A stretch of 64,000 bases of DNA, taken from Centroscyllium fabricii. Taxonomy: Eukaryota. A program made the translations under genes and the position numbers. The notes under the pieces are model-generated. The model was not told the origin of the DNA. It made no database searches and saw only the letters and a list, made by a program, of their open reading frames with translations. Position 1 is the stretch's first letter; the number at the start of each line of letters is the position of its first letter. This document shows, in pieces, positions 40,062-52,538 of the stretch. The DNA is taken from contig JBNRSN020000002.1 of assembly GCA_051313645.2 (NCBI GenBank), positions 166,904,001 to 166,968,000 on the forward strand, in the 5' to 3' direction.

Positions 40062-42941
40062 ATGGGTAGGGGAATACAACCTAATAAAGGAAAGCAGACT
40101 AGACAGCAAAACAAGGTAGTATTAGGTCAGAGAATGAAAGGTATATATTTTAACGCAAGGAGTCTGACTAACAAGGTGGATGAGTTAAAGGTATTGGTTG
40201 ACTCATGGGAATATGATATAGTAGCTATCACGGAGACGTGGCTGAAGGAGGGGGCAGGAATGGCAGCTAAATATTCCGGGGTATAGAATTTTCAGGCGGG
40301 ACAGAGACGAGGGAAAAAGGGGAGGGGGGGTAGCGATACTGATTAAGGATTCAATCACAGCCATCAGGCGGGTCGACCTAATGGATGATTCCTCAAACGA
40401 GGCACTATGGGTGGAGGTAAAAAATAAAAAGGGGGGGGGGCACCTTACTGGGAGTATATTATAGACCACCAAACAGTAAAGGGGAGATGGAGGGTAAGAT
40501 ATGTGAGCAAATCACGAAGATAAGCGAAAATAACAAAGTAATAATATTAGGGGACTTTAATTTCCCCAACATCAACTGGGATTGTCAGAGTGTGAGGGGC
40601 ACGGAAGGTTCAGCATTCTTAAAATGCAGCCAAGAGAGTTTTTTGAAGCAATATGTTGGGTCACCCACAAGGGGGGGGGGCGGTACTAGACCTAATACTT
40701 GGGAACGAAGACGGGCAGATAGAGGAGGTAACAGTGGGGGAGCACTTCGGGGATAGCGACCACAATTCAGTTAGTTTCAAGATTGTAATGGAGAAGGATA
40801 AAAATGGACCAGGGGTAAAAGTACTAAACTGGGGGAAGGCGGATTTCATTAAAATTAGGCGCGATGTAGCCGCAGTAGATTGGGGCCATCTTCTCAGAGG
40901 AAGATCTGCATCAGAGCAGTGGGAGGCCTTCAGAGGGAAGGTCGGGAAGATACAGGAGGAACATGTTCCTGCAAAAATCAAGGGCGGGGGAGGTAAACAA
41001 AGGGAACCTTGGATGTCTAGGGATATATGTAAATTAATGAAGAAAAAAAGGGGGGCCTTCAATGAATATAAACGGCTAAAAACTGAGGAGGCGCTAGGGG
41101 AGTATAAGAAGTATAGGGGGGAATTAAAGAAGGAGATAAGAAAAGCCAAGAGGGGTCATGAGATTGCAATGGCCGGCAAAATCAAGGATAACCCTAAGGC
41201 ATTTTACAGTTATATAAAAAACAAAAGGATCACGAGGGAAAGAGTGGGGCCCATTAAGGACGATAGCGGAAAGTTGTGCGTCGAGCCCGAGGCGGTGGGG
41301 GAGGTACTAAACGAATTTTTCTCTTCAGTATTCACAAGAGAGAGGGACGGAACCGACATCGTAATCGGACAGAGTGTAGGGGGGGTAATTGAGGATATTA
41401 CCATTACAAGGGAAGAAGTACTAGAAATCTTGGGAAGCTTAAAGGTAGACAAATCACCAGGGCCGGACGCGATGTTCCCCAGGCTGCTGTTCGAGGCCAG
41501 GGAAGAGCTTGCGGGCCCCCTGTCTCAAATTTTCAGGTCCTCTCTCGCGTCAGGGGATGTACCCGAGGACTGGAGAACGGCTAATGTAGTACCCCTGTTT
41601 AAAAAGGGTAGTAGGGACAAACCGGGTAACTATAGGCCAATCAGTCTTACATCTGTAGTGGGGAAAGTAATGGAAAAAATTCTGAGGGACAAAATCAGTC
41701 TGCATTTGGAAAAGCAGGGTCTGATAAGGGATAGTCAACATGGCTTCGTCAAAGGTAAGTCGTGCCTAACTAATCTGTTGGAATTCTTTGAAGAGGTAAC
41801 AAAGAGGGTGGATGAAGGGAGTACTGTTGACGTGGTGTATATGGACTTCAGCAAGGCTTTTGATAAAGTCCCACATAGGAGACTAATAACAAAGGTTAAA
41901 GCACATGGGATACAGGGCAACTTGGCACAGTGGATTCAAAATTGGCTGGGGGATAGGAGACAAAGGGTAATGGTAGAGGGCTGCTTCTGTGACTGGAAAC
42001 CAGTAACCAGCGGTGTCCCCCAAGGATCGGTTTTGGGACCCTTACTGTTTCTAGTATACATCAATGATTTGGACATGGGAGTAGGGGGTACGATCAGCAA
42101 ATTTGCTGACGATACGAAAATTGGAAGGGTGGTAAATAACGATGAAGATAGTAAAAGGCTCCAGGAAGATATAAATGTAATGGTTAGTTGGGCAGAAAAA
42201 TGGCAAATGGAGTTCAACCCAGAGAAATGCGAGGTCATACAATTCGGCAGACCAAATGGGGTAAGGGAATATACCATGAACAAAAAAACGTTAGGTAGGA
42301 CCGAGGAACAGAGGGACCTTGGGGTACAGGTGCACAGCTCCCTGAAGGTCGCTGGACACGTAAACAAGGTGGTTAAGAAGGCATATGGAATTCTGGCCTT
42401 TATTAACCAGGGCATAGTATACAAAAGTAGGGAGGTAATGTTAAACTTGTATAACACGCTGGTGAGACCTCAGCTGGAGTACTGTGTGCAGTTCTGGTCA
42501 CCGCACTTCAGGAAGGATGTGGTTGCCCTGGAGAGGGTGCAGAGAAGGTTTACCAGGATGATACCTGGTCTGGGGGACTTATGCTACGAGGAAAGGCTGG
42601 ACAGGCTGGGGTTGTTTGCCTTGGAGAAGAGAAGATTGAGGGGTGACATGATTGAGGTGTACAGGATCATGAGAGGACACGATAGGGTGGATAAAGGGGC
42701 ATTGTTTCCCTTGGTGGGAGAGTCAAGTACTAGGGGACATAGATTCAAGATTAGGGGGGGGAGGTTTAGGGGGGAGGTAAGGAGAAATTTCTTTACTCAG
42801 AGGGTGGTGGAAGTGTGGAACTCCCTGCCTGTAAGGGTGGTGGAGGCAGAAACCATCGCAACATTTAAAAAATATTTGGACCAGCACATGAAGGACCGTA
42901 ACATACAGGGTTATGGGCCAGGTGCGGGCAAATGGGGTTAG
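40062..42941 (+). CDS. CR1 ORF2p: APE endonuclease plus reverse transcriptase (three +1 shifts in poly-G runs as assembled)
   Basis: NARSL, ITETWL, YRPP, GDFN, SDH; PGPD, YRPISL, QHGF, DFSKAFD, PQGS, FADD; last 762 codons uninterrupted. Confidence 0.92.
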
Positions 42942-44401
42942 TATAGTGAGGAGTTTCCTGGGCCGGTGCGGACTGGATGGGCCGAATGGCCTTTATCCGC
43001 ACTGTAAAGTTTCTATGATTCTATGATTGGGAAACTTCTGCAAAAATTCTACCCAGCTACATAAATTTTAAAATGGCTCCAATTATTTTAACCCCACTTG
43101 AAGCACCATTCCCCATTCAATGGAGGAGTTCACTGGCCTGCTCTCCTCTCTTCCCCGTCCCACCAAGGTCTCTGTCCATGCTACAAAAATGTTCCATCAC
43201 ATTTGAGAAACTATCTGGCGTTGGCTCAGAATCTTTCCAGAAGGTACTTTCCAGATAGGTGTGAACCAAGCTCTGCCCTTCAACAGCACAAAATGCCAAT
43301 GTGTTAATGTACTAAGTTACTGCATTATCTTTAGAAGTCTGCAAATTGTTCACTGCCATCTTACTGCTTCTTTTCTGTAGTAATCTATTGGTAGCCCTGC
43401 AATGTTTTATTTCAGCAACATAACAAGTTTTATTGGCAGCTTTGAGACTGACTAATTCCCATTTCACATTTATAAAATATAAAACTCAAATAGTCCGCAT
43501 TCCCACTATGAGAACTATTATCAGATAAAATCCAAAAGGCACGAACAGAAAATCTCCTCTTAGGATCTTTCTGGCTCTAAAACCATTAATGAAATCTCAA
43601 AAATTGTATTAAGTATGATTCATTGCACTCTCGGGAAAAATAAATAACCTTTCAATCTACAAGTCTGAGCATTGCTACTCACTATTACTTCAGAGATGGA
43701 TCTTAAGAGTTTCAGTTCAGTGATGGTATTGAAATTGAACTCTGTTTGGTACTGTAGGAATTTCTCATCATAAATAAAGATTGCAAGTTCCATGCTTGAA
43801 CATGGATATTACACTTTCCAGGTCATTTTATGTGCATGTTTAAAATTCCCATTAATAACAGACTATTTGAATTTTCCCAAATCCTTAGATATGGCAGACA
43901 ATTAATCAATTGGAAATCTGGTGGTCTAATTTTTTTTGAATGTTGTACAGTACTTTCATTGTGTAACTTGCAAAGCATCCCCCCAAAAAAACAAAAAATC
44001 TTGTGCAACTCAGCAACCATCATAACTAGATCTGTGCACATAATTATTTTACTGCAGAAAACAAAAAGTATCCATTATAGCTTTTATATTATTTCAGAAG
44101 ACATTAACTGAAGAATTTTCACACTGTATGCCATATTCAAAACTATAAACTGCAGCAGCATGGTGAGAAATGACATGCTATCGCTAATTTATAAGTTGCA
44201 AGTCGTGTGAATAAACAACTGAAATAGACAAAGAAGCAGAAGATTAATCTTTCACCAGAAAGAAGTTCAATGTTGAAAATGTTATACGGCAATAAACTAA
44301 TAACTTCAAAATGAAAATCCTGTTTTGCAACACTGATGGCTAAAAGAACTAAAGCAAATATCCTTTCCCGAATCCAAGTCCTACATCAGGAATTCAATTA
44401 C

Positions 44402-44541
44402 CTGAGTGCTGATGGACATTGTTCCATCTGTTGCCTCCACTGTCAAGTTGTAATTTGATTTCTGTTCTGCATCAAGTGGTCTAGCAACAATGATGGTTCC
44501 ACTACCTTTGTCCACATCAAATCGGCTGTCATAGTTGCCAC
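44402..44541 (-). CDS. FAT1: FAT1 exon (exon 7 equivalent), absent from ORF track
   Basis: Hand translation [46 protein letters not shown]; cag/gtaatt; 140 nt. Confidence 0.95.
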
Positions 44542-44872
44542 CTGGGTTTAAGAATATGAAAAAGTAGATATAAAAAACTGATTTTGCTCAGCTATCAAAT
44601 TGTATGTAAATTAAAATAAAATTGATCTTGTTTCACTGAGCATGCAAGAGGTGAATTTTGTCCAATGTACCTTCAGTAGAAAAACTGACAAAAATTCAAC
44701 CCACCATTCTTTCCTAACAATTTTAAGTCAATGCTGATTTTGTTTCTTTTTGTTTAATGAGGATCTTTAGAGAAATGGAAGGCTGTTTGTTTTAACCAGT
44801 GCTTCCACAGTGTCAGAACCACACTTTATTTCCACAGTTAATAAGAGAGCAGAGCATTATGAAATTTACAAT

Positions 44873-45563
44873 GGGCCTGAATTTGCAATCAGAGGCTTCC
44901 AATCATCAACAAATCTACGCATTTACCTGGTGGTCCGAGAGATGCAGAGGCTCGTGCTCCTGGAGGCCCACATATCCCAGGGCGCATGCAGTTCGCAAGC
45001 ACCCCATGGTTCACATGGGCCGGCCCAACCAGTGAAAGAAGGGAATCCCCATTCATACTTATGGGAGTTCCGTACATACGGAACTGTCATAAGTATGAAT
45101 GGGGATGACTTAAAAAATACATAAACACATTTAAATTACATATAGAAAATTTTAATGGCATTTAATTAAGTATTTTAAACAAAAATTTAACTTTTGGAAA
45201 AAAATGTGTATGTTTTAACGGGGCTAAATATAAACTTACATTATTGGACATGGTTTTTAATGTAAAATTTTATTTTTCTATTTTTAAAACTCTTATGCTG
45301 GTAAAAGCAGGCCTTACGCCTGCTTTTATCAGGTGTAAGAATTCACAGCCTTTCAGCGGGCGTAAGTTGGACAAACAGCACAACTCTCCACCCAAAGAAG
45401 CCCTTTTCCTGGGGATGTGAAGGATCTGCAAGAAGATTCTTGACAGATCGCAAGGGCCGGGTTTCAGCGCATGTGCTTCGCATGACTGAACCCATCACTT
45501 GCGTGGCCCCTATGGGCACATGCACACCTTGTACGCACCCGTAGGGGTTGCAAAATACGACCC
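44873..45563. mobile_element. Harbinger-like MITE
   Basis: GGGCCTGAATTTGCAA...TTGCAAAATACGACCC imperfect TIRs; AT-rich centre. Confidence 0.6.
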
Positions 45564-46011
45564 ATTAGTTTGGCTTGGCGTCACATTGCAGGGGTAACAT
45601 AGGGTTTCACAGAACTAGGGAGTGGAATGGGTAGTTTAGTGTTTGTCAGCAGTGAGAGGAGGGGAGGGGCTTAGGCCTGATTTTTTTGGGGGGTGGGGGG
45701 GGGGGGGGGGGGGGGGGAGGAATTGGTGAGAGAGATCCCAGAGGTCTGGCAGCACTGGTTTTTAACCTTCTAGGGGTCTGCAAACATTAAATTTGGTGTT
45801 TTGTGATTGTTTCCTGGAAGTGTACCTGTCTATCTCGGCCTTTCTCTATTTACATGTCTCTTTCTCTCGCTCTGTCTGTCTCATAAGTATTACTAAATGG
45901 AATGTTTTTATTTCTTATCCATCAACAAATCGTAGGCAATAATCAGTTGATAATTAGAGGCTTTGTTTGCTTTCAAAACATTGTTAAATAATACAAAGGA
46001 GAAAAAACATT

Positions 46012-46277
46012 GGCCCTGAATTTACGGTCAGGATGACGGTGTACGCTGCGTCATATGTCCTTCGAAATTGACTGCAAGATTGGTATTTCCGCATGTGCTA
46101 AATCCAGAACTTGTGATCTGTCAAGTTCTGAATAGAAAGATGATCCGCTGCGACTTTTAAGTCCTGATTCAAATGATGTGCTGGCGAAAAGTCACGCTAA
46201 TTGCCCACCTACTGTGCATTAATTACCAAGAACATTTCTATGTCTGGTGCGAACAGGCGCAGGAGCCTGTTGCACAG

Positions 46278-46311
<34 letters not shown>

Positions 46312-47074
46312 CAGGGATATGAGAAAATTGTCTTAGTTGGTGGCTGCTAACTGACCCGCTGAGAGTTTCCAGCATTTTCTGATTAAAAATGTATTGGCCA
46401 GACATCTTTTCACGTGCCAAAATCATTCCCGATGAGTTTTTGAACCCAGACACTAAGCACAGTAAACACGAGCAATGGGCACTCTATAGATTGGATACAT
46501 TGGCTTATGGGCAAAGTTTGTGTGTCGATTATTTCTCAACATTACAATTAAAAAAACTACTGATTTATAGAAACATTTTGTACTGGGGTGTGGTATTTAA
46601 TGAGCACAATTCAAATAATAGAGCATCTAATCCAATACTCGAACAAATTAAGTATTATTTACACATAGTTATGAAAGATGCTTGATCAAATGTACATTTG
46701 GCATAACTAAAATTTATCTACCTATCTTTTTAAATCCCTTCAACCAACATTTCCAATTAAGTGTGGCTGTTAAATGCTATGTAGATTATAAATATATGCC
46801 AGTAGAAGACTTCGGTCTTCTATTGACATATATTTACAACCCTGTTTTATGAATCTCCTCTGTTTCCTGATTGACTAAGAGTCAGGAAGTGAAAGGAGCA
46901 CCGCCCCACATGATTCCAGGTTCGCCCCATGGAACCGTGGGCCACTACGCTGTGCATAACTCTACAGCGTTTGAAAGCAAGTTTCACTTGGGGCTTCACG
47001 AGGTTAAGTGCGGATTTCCTTCAGATGTCAGCGGTGTACTCCTTAACTACGCCGCCGACCGTCAACTCAGGGCC
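46012..47074. mobile_element. Non-autonomous DNA transposon
   Basis: GGCCCTGAATTTACGGTC...GACCGTCAACTCAGGGCC inverted termini. Confidence 0.55.
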
Positions 47075-48339
47075 AATGTGTACTTTTCTCTCTGAAGTTT
47101 ATAGAAAATTTATAATCAATTAAAAGGTATCACAGTAGTCTGTCCTACTCTTTTAACTCTTGCATATGTATATATAATACACATTTTAACCTGAATAAAG
47201 CTTTTGAAATTTGTCCTCTAGGTTTTCTTCAAATAATTTTGAAAAACAATCAAATTGTGTTATGGAATGGAGTTGGTTAACAACAGGGATAGAGGCATTG
47301 AAGCATTTGTCTATCTTACAAGCTACTTATGCGTCCTGGGAAATTGTGCATAGTAAACATGATCAGATTGCTGAATCTGCCTTCAGTTTACAGAATTACA
47401 GCTCTGAGCAAAATATCAAGCCCACGCCTAGGCTTTTGGGACAGACTATAGCCTTCAAGTAAAAACTTTAATGAAGATATTAAAAGACACAGAAAACAAG
47501 TCAATGGAGAAATATAATGTTATCATGAAAATGTTTTTATTTTTTATTTTGTTTAAAGCCTTATTTTACACATTAGCAATTTCAGTTGTTGAGAAAAAAA
47601 GCCAGATGTTTATTCCAGAAAGCATTTTCAGTGATTCAGTTGGTTCATCAACAAATTGTGACAACAAAAAGTTGGCATGTCAAAATAGGCTTTGTCCATT
47701 ATAAATGCTGACATAGGAGTTTCAATGTTAAATGTTGAGATCAAAAGCATGATTCGTATGAATTAAGGTTTGTGGACAAGAAATGTGCGCCATGAAAGGT
47801 TCTTAACATATTTCCAGTTTTTCCTTTTCATTCACTGGATTATAAAGAACCTTGAAACAGGGTCAAAATTGGAAATTGCTGAAACTATTTAGTTCATTGT
47901 TTTTTTTTTTACCATAATCATCAAAATACAAATGATTAATAGTTTTAGCAATTATTTTGAGATTTTACCCTGTGTCTTTGCAGATTATTTACTGACCAAC
48001 CACTCAATGAACCTTCAACATAACTGACAGAAAACCGCTGCTTAGCACACAAAATCGATTTGGAAATAAGTCAGAAAATGTACATGCAATAATTATGTTC
48101 ATTCTGAGCCAATTGTTTCATGCTCACAGATGGCTTGTTAAAACTTTGGAAAACACATGCTGAATACTGGTGCAATATATGGGAATAGAATTCCTCAAGG
48201 TTTTTAGAAAAGCAAATTTCAAGACCTGCTCTTCATAAGATGAAGTGACTTTTTAAACCAAGTTATGCATATTAGTACACTGTAGCATTCCTAGGGAATC
48301 AATGTGCAACATCAAATTACATGGGAACACAAGTTTCAT

Positions 48340-48765
48340 TTAGCCCATTGAGCCTGTTCTGCCATTTAATCAGATCATGGCTGATCTGTACCTTAACTCC
48401 ATTTACCCGCCGTTGCTCCGTATCCCTTGATACCCTTACTCAACAAAAATCTATCAATCTCAGTCTTTAACATTTCAATTCAACCTGCATCCACAGCCTT
48501 TTGGGGCAGAAAAGTCCTTTGCATGAAAACAATGCTTCCTGATTTCACTACTGAATGACCTAGTTCTAATTTTAAGATTATGCCTTCTAGTTCTGGATTC
48601 CCCCACCAGAGGAAATACGTTTATCTATCTCTACCCCACTGAATCCCTTTATCATTTTAAATACCTCAGTTAGATCACCCGGCAACCTCTAAACTCAAGG
48701 GAGTACGAGCCACGTTTAGCCAACCTGTCCTCACAACTTAACCCTTTAAGCCATGGCATAATTCT
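48340..48765 (-). mobile_element. Decayed CR1 3' fragment
   Basis: gcccattgagcctgttctgccatttaatcagatcatggctgatc tail and RT C-terminal remnant. Confidence 0.75.
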
Positions 48766-49829
48766 TGCAAATATTCGTAGAAAAAACTGCTTAAGAATAA
48801 TAATCTGAATTTAGAATTATTTTTGATACGACATTTCTTTTAAGCTGTAACAATCCTAAATGACCGTGCAGCAGAGCGTTGCAGGTCATCTAAATATTAC
48901 ACCGAGTGATCAGTTTAATATTGCTATTCTAATTTCTTTTAAAAGTCCACCAAAAAGAGCTGTTTAAAATATAAACATCAACTTGGATTATTTCCACATA
49001 TAAAGGTCTGCTGGGGCAAAGTATATTTCATTTTAGAAAGCAATTTGTGTATTTGTGAATGGGATTTACTGATTACATTCAATAAATACAAATGAAAAAT
49101 AACTACAATCTTTATTTCTTTATAAATACAAAAAGTTGATTTTAATTACTGATTGCTAGTATGCTACGTAACTTTCCTCCACCCAAAACCAAGCATTATC
49201 AACAAAACTTCCAAACCCTCAACAAAGGAATTAGTTAGTTCTGATCAGTGGCAAGCTCTGGTAGTATTACCCTATGCTGAATACTTTCGTTCTAACCTTT
49301 CCAATGCTAATGTTTTATATATGACAGCTATACTAGTGGGACATGATTCTATTTAAAATAATTAGTTACTTCATGATGGAGCTCCGAAAACTACCGTTGA
49401 AGTCATCAGCAAAATGGCAAGAATTTAATTGATGAATACATTAATAACTTCAGGTAAAAATGCATCACTGAATTTTTATTGTTTGATCAACCCATTCATC
49501 ATTTGTAATGGTATGTTCCAACAGAAGTTTAAATCTGTAGTTACTATGAGTCACTGAGAGGTGGCAATCTAATCATCCAATTTGGAGTTACACCACAGAG
49601 TAGACAAATCTTGATTGCTCCCTTAATTATTAAAAGTTACCTTCCAATTGGGAATCAAAGAGTTTAAACAGCTGATCAATCCAACATCATTTTATATTTT
49701 GAATTTACTTTTACTTGGTAATTCTTTCAATTTCAGCACTAAAGCAAAACAGTATACGGTTATGAAACTGAATGAAACACAAATTTGTTTGAGAGAGAAA
49801 CTGGTTTTCAGCCAAGATTTGCATTATTT

Positions 49830-50190
49830 TATATATAGATCCAAGTCAATCTCCCATGCTATTACATGTGGGAAGTTAGGACCAAGTGTAGTTTTCAGGT
49901 GAAGCTAGGTTAGAAATCAAGGATAACTGGACCAGGGCATACAAACATAATTCAGTCCCCATTTTGAAGTAATAAATTCTGTCCTTATATTTATATTGCC
50001 ATTATAAATCCCTATCTCCACATTTAAAATAAAAGCAGCCTATGTAAACTTGTCCTGTTGTACTTACACCCTCCTGCCAGTTGTGGTGCTGCAGCACAGC
50101 ATTGAGGAGAAGGGAGTAATTACAGCCTCAAGTTTACATAGGCACTTTCCAATATAAATGTAGATATAGGAATTATAATTGAAAAAGTTA
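49830..50190. repeat. Ancient hairpin-plus-tail repeat, copy B
   Basis: Perfect 15-bp inverted repeat gcctatgtaaacttg (50038-50052) / caagtttacataggc (50129-50143) within a longer imperfect hairpin; paralog at 14065-14428. Confidence 0.72.
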
Positions 50191-51632
50191 ATGGATAGTA
50201 CGCGCAGATGTAAGATTTTTAATATATAGATGAGATAGATATATACATAGAATGAACAGAAGAGAACAACTGGATTAAACATAAAAACAGCACTTTTTGC
50301 AACCACTGAACATAAAACATGTTTAACTTGCTAACTCAATGATACTTACATATAGGAGTGCAAGTTATTCGGGAAACATTTTTTCTTAGTTTATGAATAG
50401 AACAATCTTAGTTTATGAATAGAACAAAAGCAAGAATACAATTTATATTACTAAATCTAATTAGTAGATCTCATAATGTAGTACCAAAGTATAATTATGA
50501 GATGGCAGCAGATACCTTCTGCTGTACAGTTCAGGTCACAAGCCATCTGAAAGATATAAAACATTTCTCTAGCTTGTTTGTCACCTTGCAGAGCCAGAAA
50601 CATAGTCGAAGACAGAAAAGGCAGCAAGGATAGAAAAGAAAAGAAATTAGATTAGTTAATGAGAATCTAGTAAAAAGTGTGATACACAATAGAGGTAGAC
50701 TAAATAAATCCATTCTAGGGGTGATTCCACAATCAAATGCTCCTGATGGGATGCAGCATTCACGGACAACACAGTCCATGATTTTTTTGTCCATTAAGGT
50801 TAACGTGTGAAAAATCACAGGCTGCACACCCGTGACTTCCTGAGATGCATTCCCTTTGAGTACTGCTTCCTGCCGGGATTGTCGGATTGCAGAATCACCC
50901 TTTATTTTCCAGCTTTTAAGCAAACTGCAATTTACACTGACTGGGATGCACGGGTTTACACTGACTAAACATGCCAAAAAGGTCAGTCCCTTTAATGAAC
51001 ATAATCAACAATTCTGAAGCATTTGACTTAAATACATTTAGACATAACAGTTTAAATCCAAAAAATATTAAATTGATGCAATCTCAATTACATTTTTTTT
51101 GTATGTGGGTCTTGGGTATTTTGGTTGTTCTTTAATTTTGGTATTTTGGTTGTTTTTTAATTTTACCATACAAGTCTGTTACATTGCAAGATCACAATAG
51201 GACAAGATAAAATGATGGACGCTAGAGCCAGCTTTGTTTATTGTTCCTGGGATATTTTATATAACTTTCCGTTTGTTTATTTGAGCATTTATTTGCATTA
51301 AATAATACTAAACTGATGCAAGGAAAATAAATAATGTATGAAGAAAATCAATCAATAGATACAATTTTAAGTTTAAAAGAAAAAGCAAACTCTGTAGTAA
51401 CTCAATTAGTTTATTAATGCTGTAATTGAGCCAGAGACCAGGAAGATCCGAGGTAGCATGGGCTGATCTTGTTCAGTAAGGTACTACAATAACCCACTGT
51501 GCCACTAGATTAGGGTCAGTCAGTGTTTCTGCTCTTGATTGCTTTCTAACGAATCCTGTGGGAAATGGTGTGTGGGGATAGGACCAAACTCAGCTGTGAT
51601 CCCCCAATAGTCAAATAGCCAACATTCACCAA

Positions 51633-51946
51633 GGGCGGCACGGTGGCATAGTGGTTAGCACTGTTGCCTCACAGCGCAAGGGGCCCGGGTTCAAACCCGG
51701 CCTTGGGTGACTATCTGTGTGGAGTTTGCACATTCTCCTCGTGTCTGCGTGGGTTTCCTCCGGGTGCTCCGGTTTCCTCCCACAGTCCAAAGACGTGCTG
51801 GTTAGGTTGATTGGCCATGATAAATTGACCCTTAGTGTTAGGGGGATTAAATATGTGGGGTTACGGGATAGGGTGGGATATGTGTCGGTGCAGGCTCGAT
51901 GGGCCGAAATGGCCTCTATCTGCACTGTAGTGATTCTATGATTCTA
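51633..51946 (+). mobile_element. Full-length V-SINE (HE1-like), short tail, inserted in an older SINE-like repeat
   Basis: Box A TGGCATAGTGG, box B GGTTCAAACCC, V-core, gattctatgattct tail. Confidence 0.92.
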
Positions 51947-51972
51947 AGGCTTGCATACGAGTAATGGCCACG

Positions 51973-52093
51973 ACACTAAAGAAAAACGAAAAACAAAAAT
52001 TCTCCAAAATTCCATGGCACAGGGAATGGTTTGGGTCTCACAATCCACTCACTGTGCCGAGTGTGGATGATTTCTGAAGACGTCCATTATCCA
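51973..52093 (-). pseudogene. Degenerate partial duplicate of the neighbouring FAT1 exon
   Basis: Aligns to 52410-52528 with substitutions and small indels. Confidence 0.85.
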
Positions 52094-52327
52094 ACGAGTA
52101 GGCAAGGTACCGGCAGGCACCTTATGCCTATTGAAGATTACCCCAGAAGGGAGTTGACATATTCAAAAGAGGAGCAGGGATAAAAATTGACAAGAAAAAA
52201 GATAAACCAAAAGAAATTTGTACCCAAAAGAAACTCAATTAAATATTGTGAAGTAGCCAATTTGGAAAGATGTTTGATATGGAAATCATTGCAACTTAAC
52301 TGGCAAGAGGGCCATCATATTCCTTAC

Positions 52328-52538
52328 CAGTGATATCAAACCAGAGGGTAGTGCCAGCAGGTTCAACAGCAATGACTCCAACCATATGAGTAACTGGATC
52401 ACTCTCCATAACACTGAAGGAAAATGATGATTCTTCAAAATTCCATGGCACAGTGGGTGGCTTGGGTTTGACAATCCACTCAATGTGCAGCCGTGTTGCA
52501 GATGATTTCTGAGGGCGTCCATTATCCACAGCTTTTAT
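52328..52538 (-). CDS. FAT1: FAT1 exon (exon 6 equivalent)
   Basis: [21 protein letters not shown]...LWFDIT; cag/gtaagg; 211 nt. Confidence 0.95.

Larger units (their letters stand above)
36753..43028 (+). mobile_element. Full-length young CR1 LINE with monomeric 5' array, antisense within a FAT1 intron
   Basis: 5' array, ORF1, ORF2 (APE and RT), 3' stem-loop gtgcgga...tccgcac and (ttctatga)2 tail. Confidence 0.96.

Noticed and set aside
51633-51705. tRNA gene
   Set aside because: tRNA-like head continues directly into a SINE core and tail found in several copies
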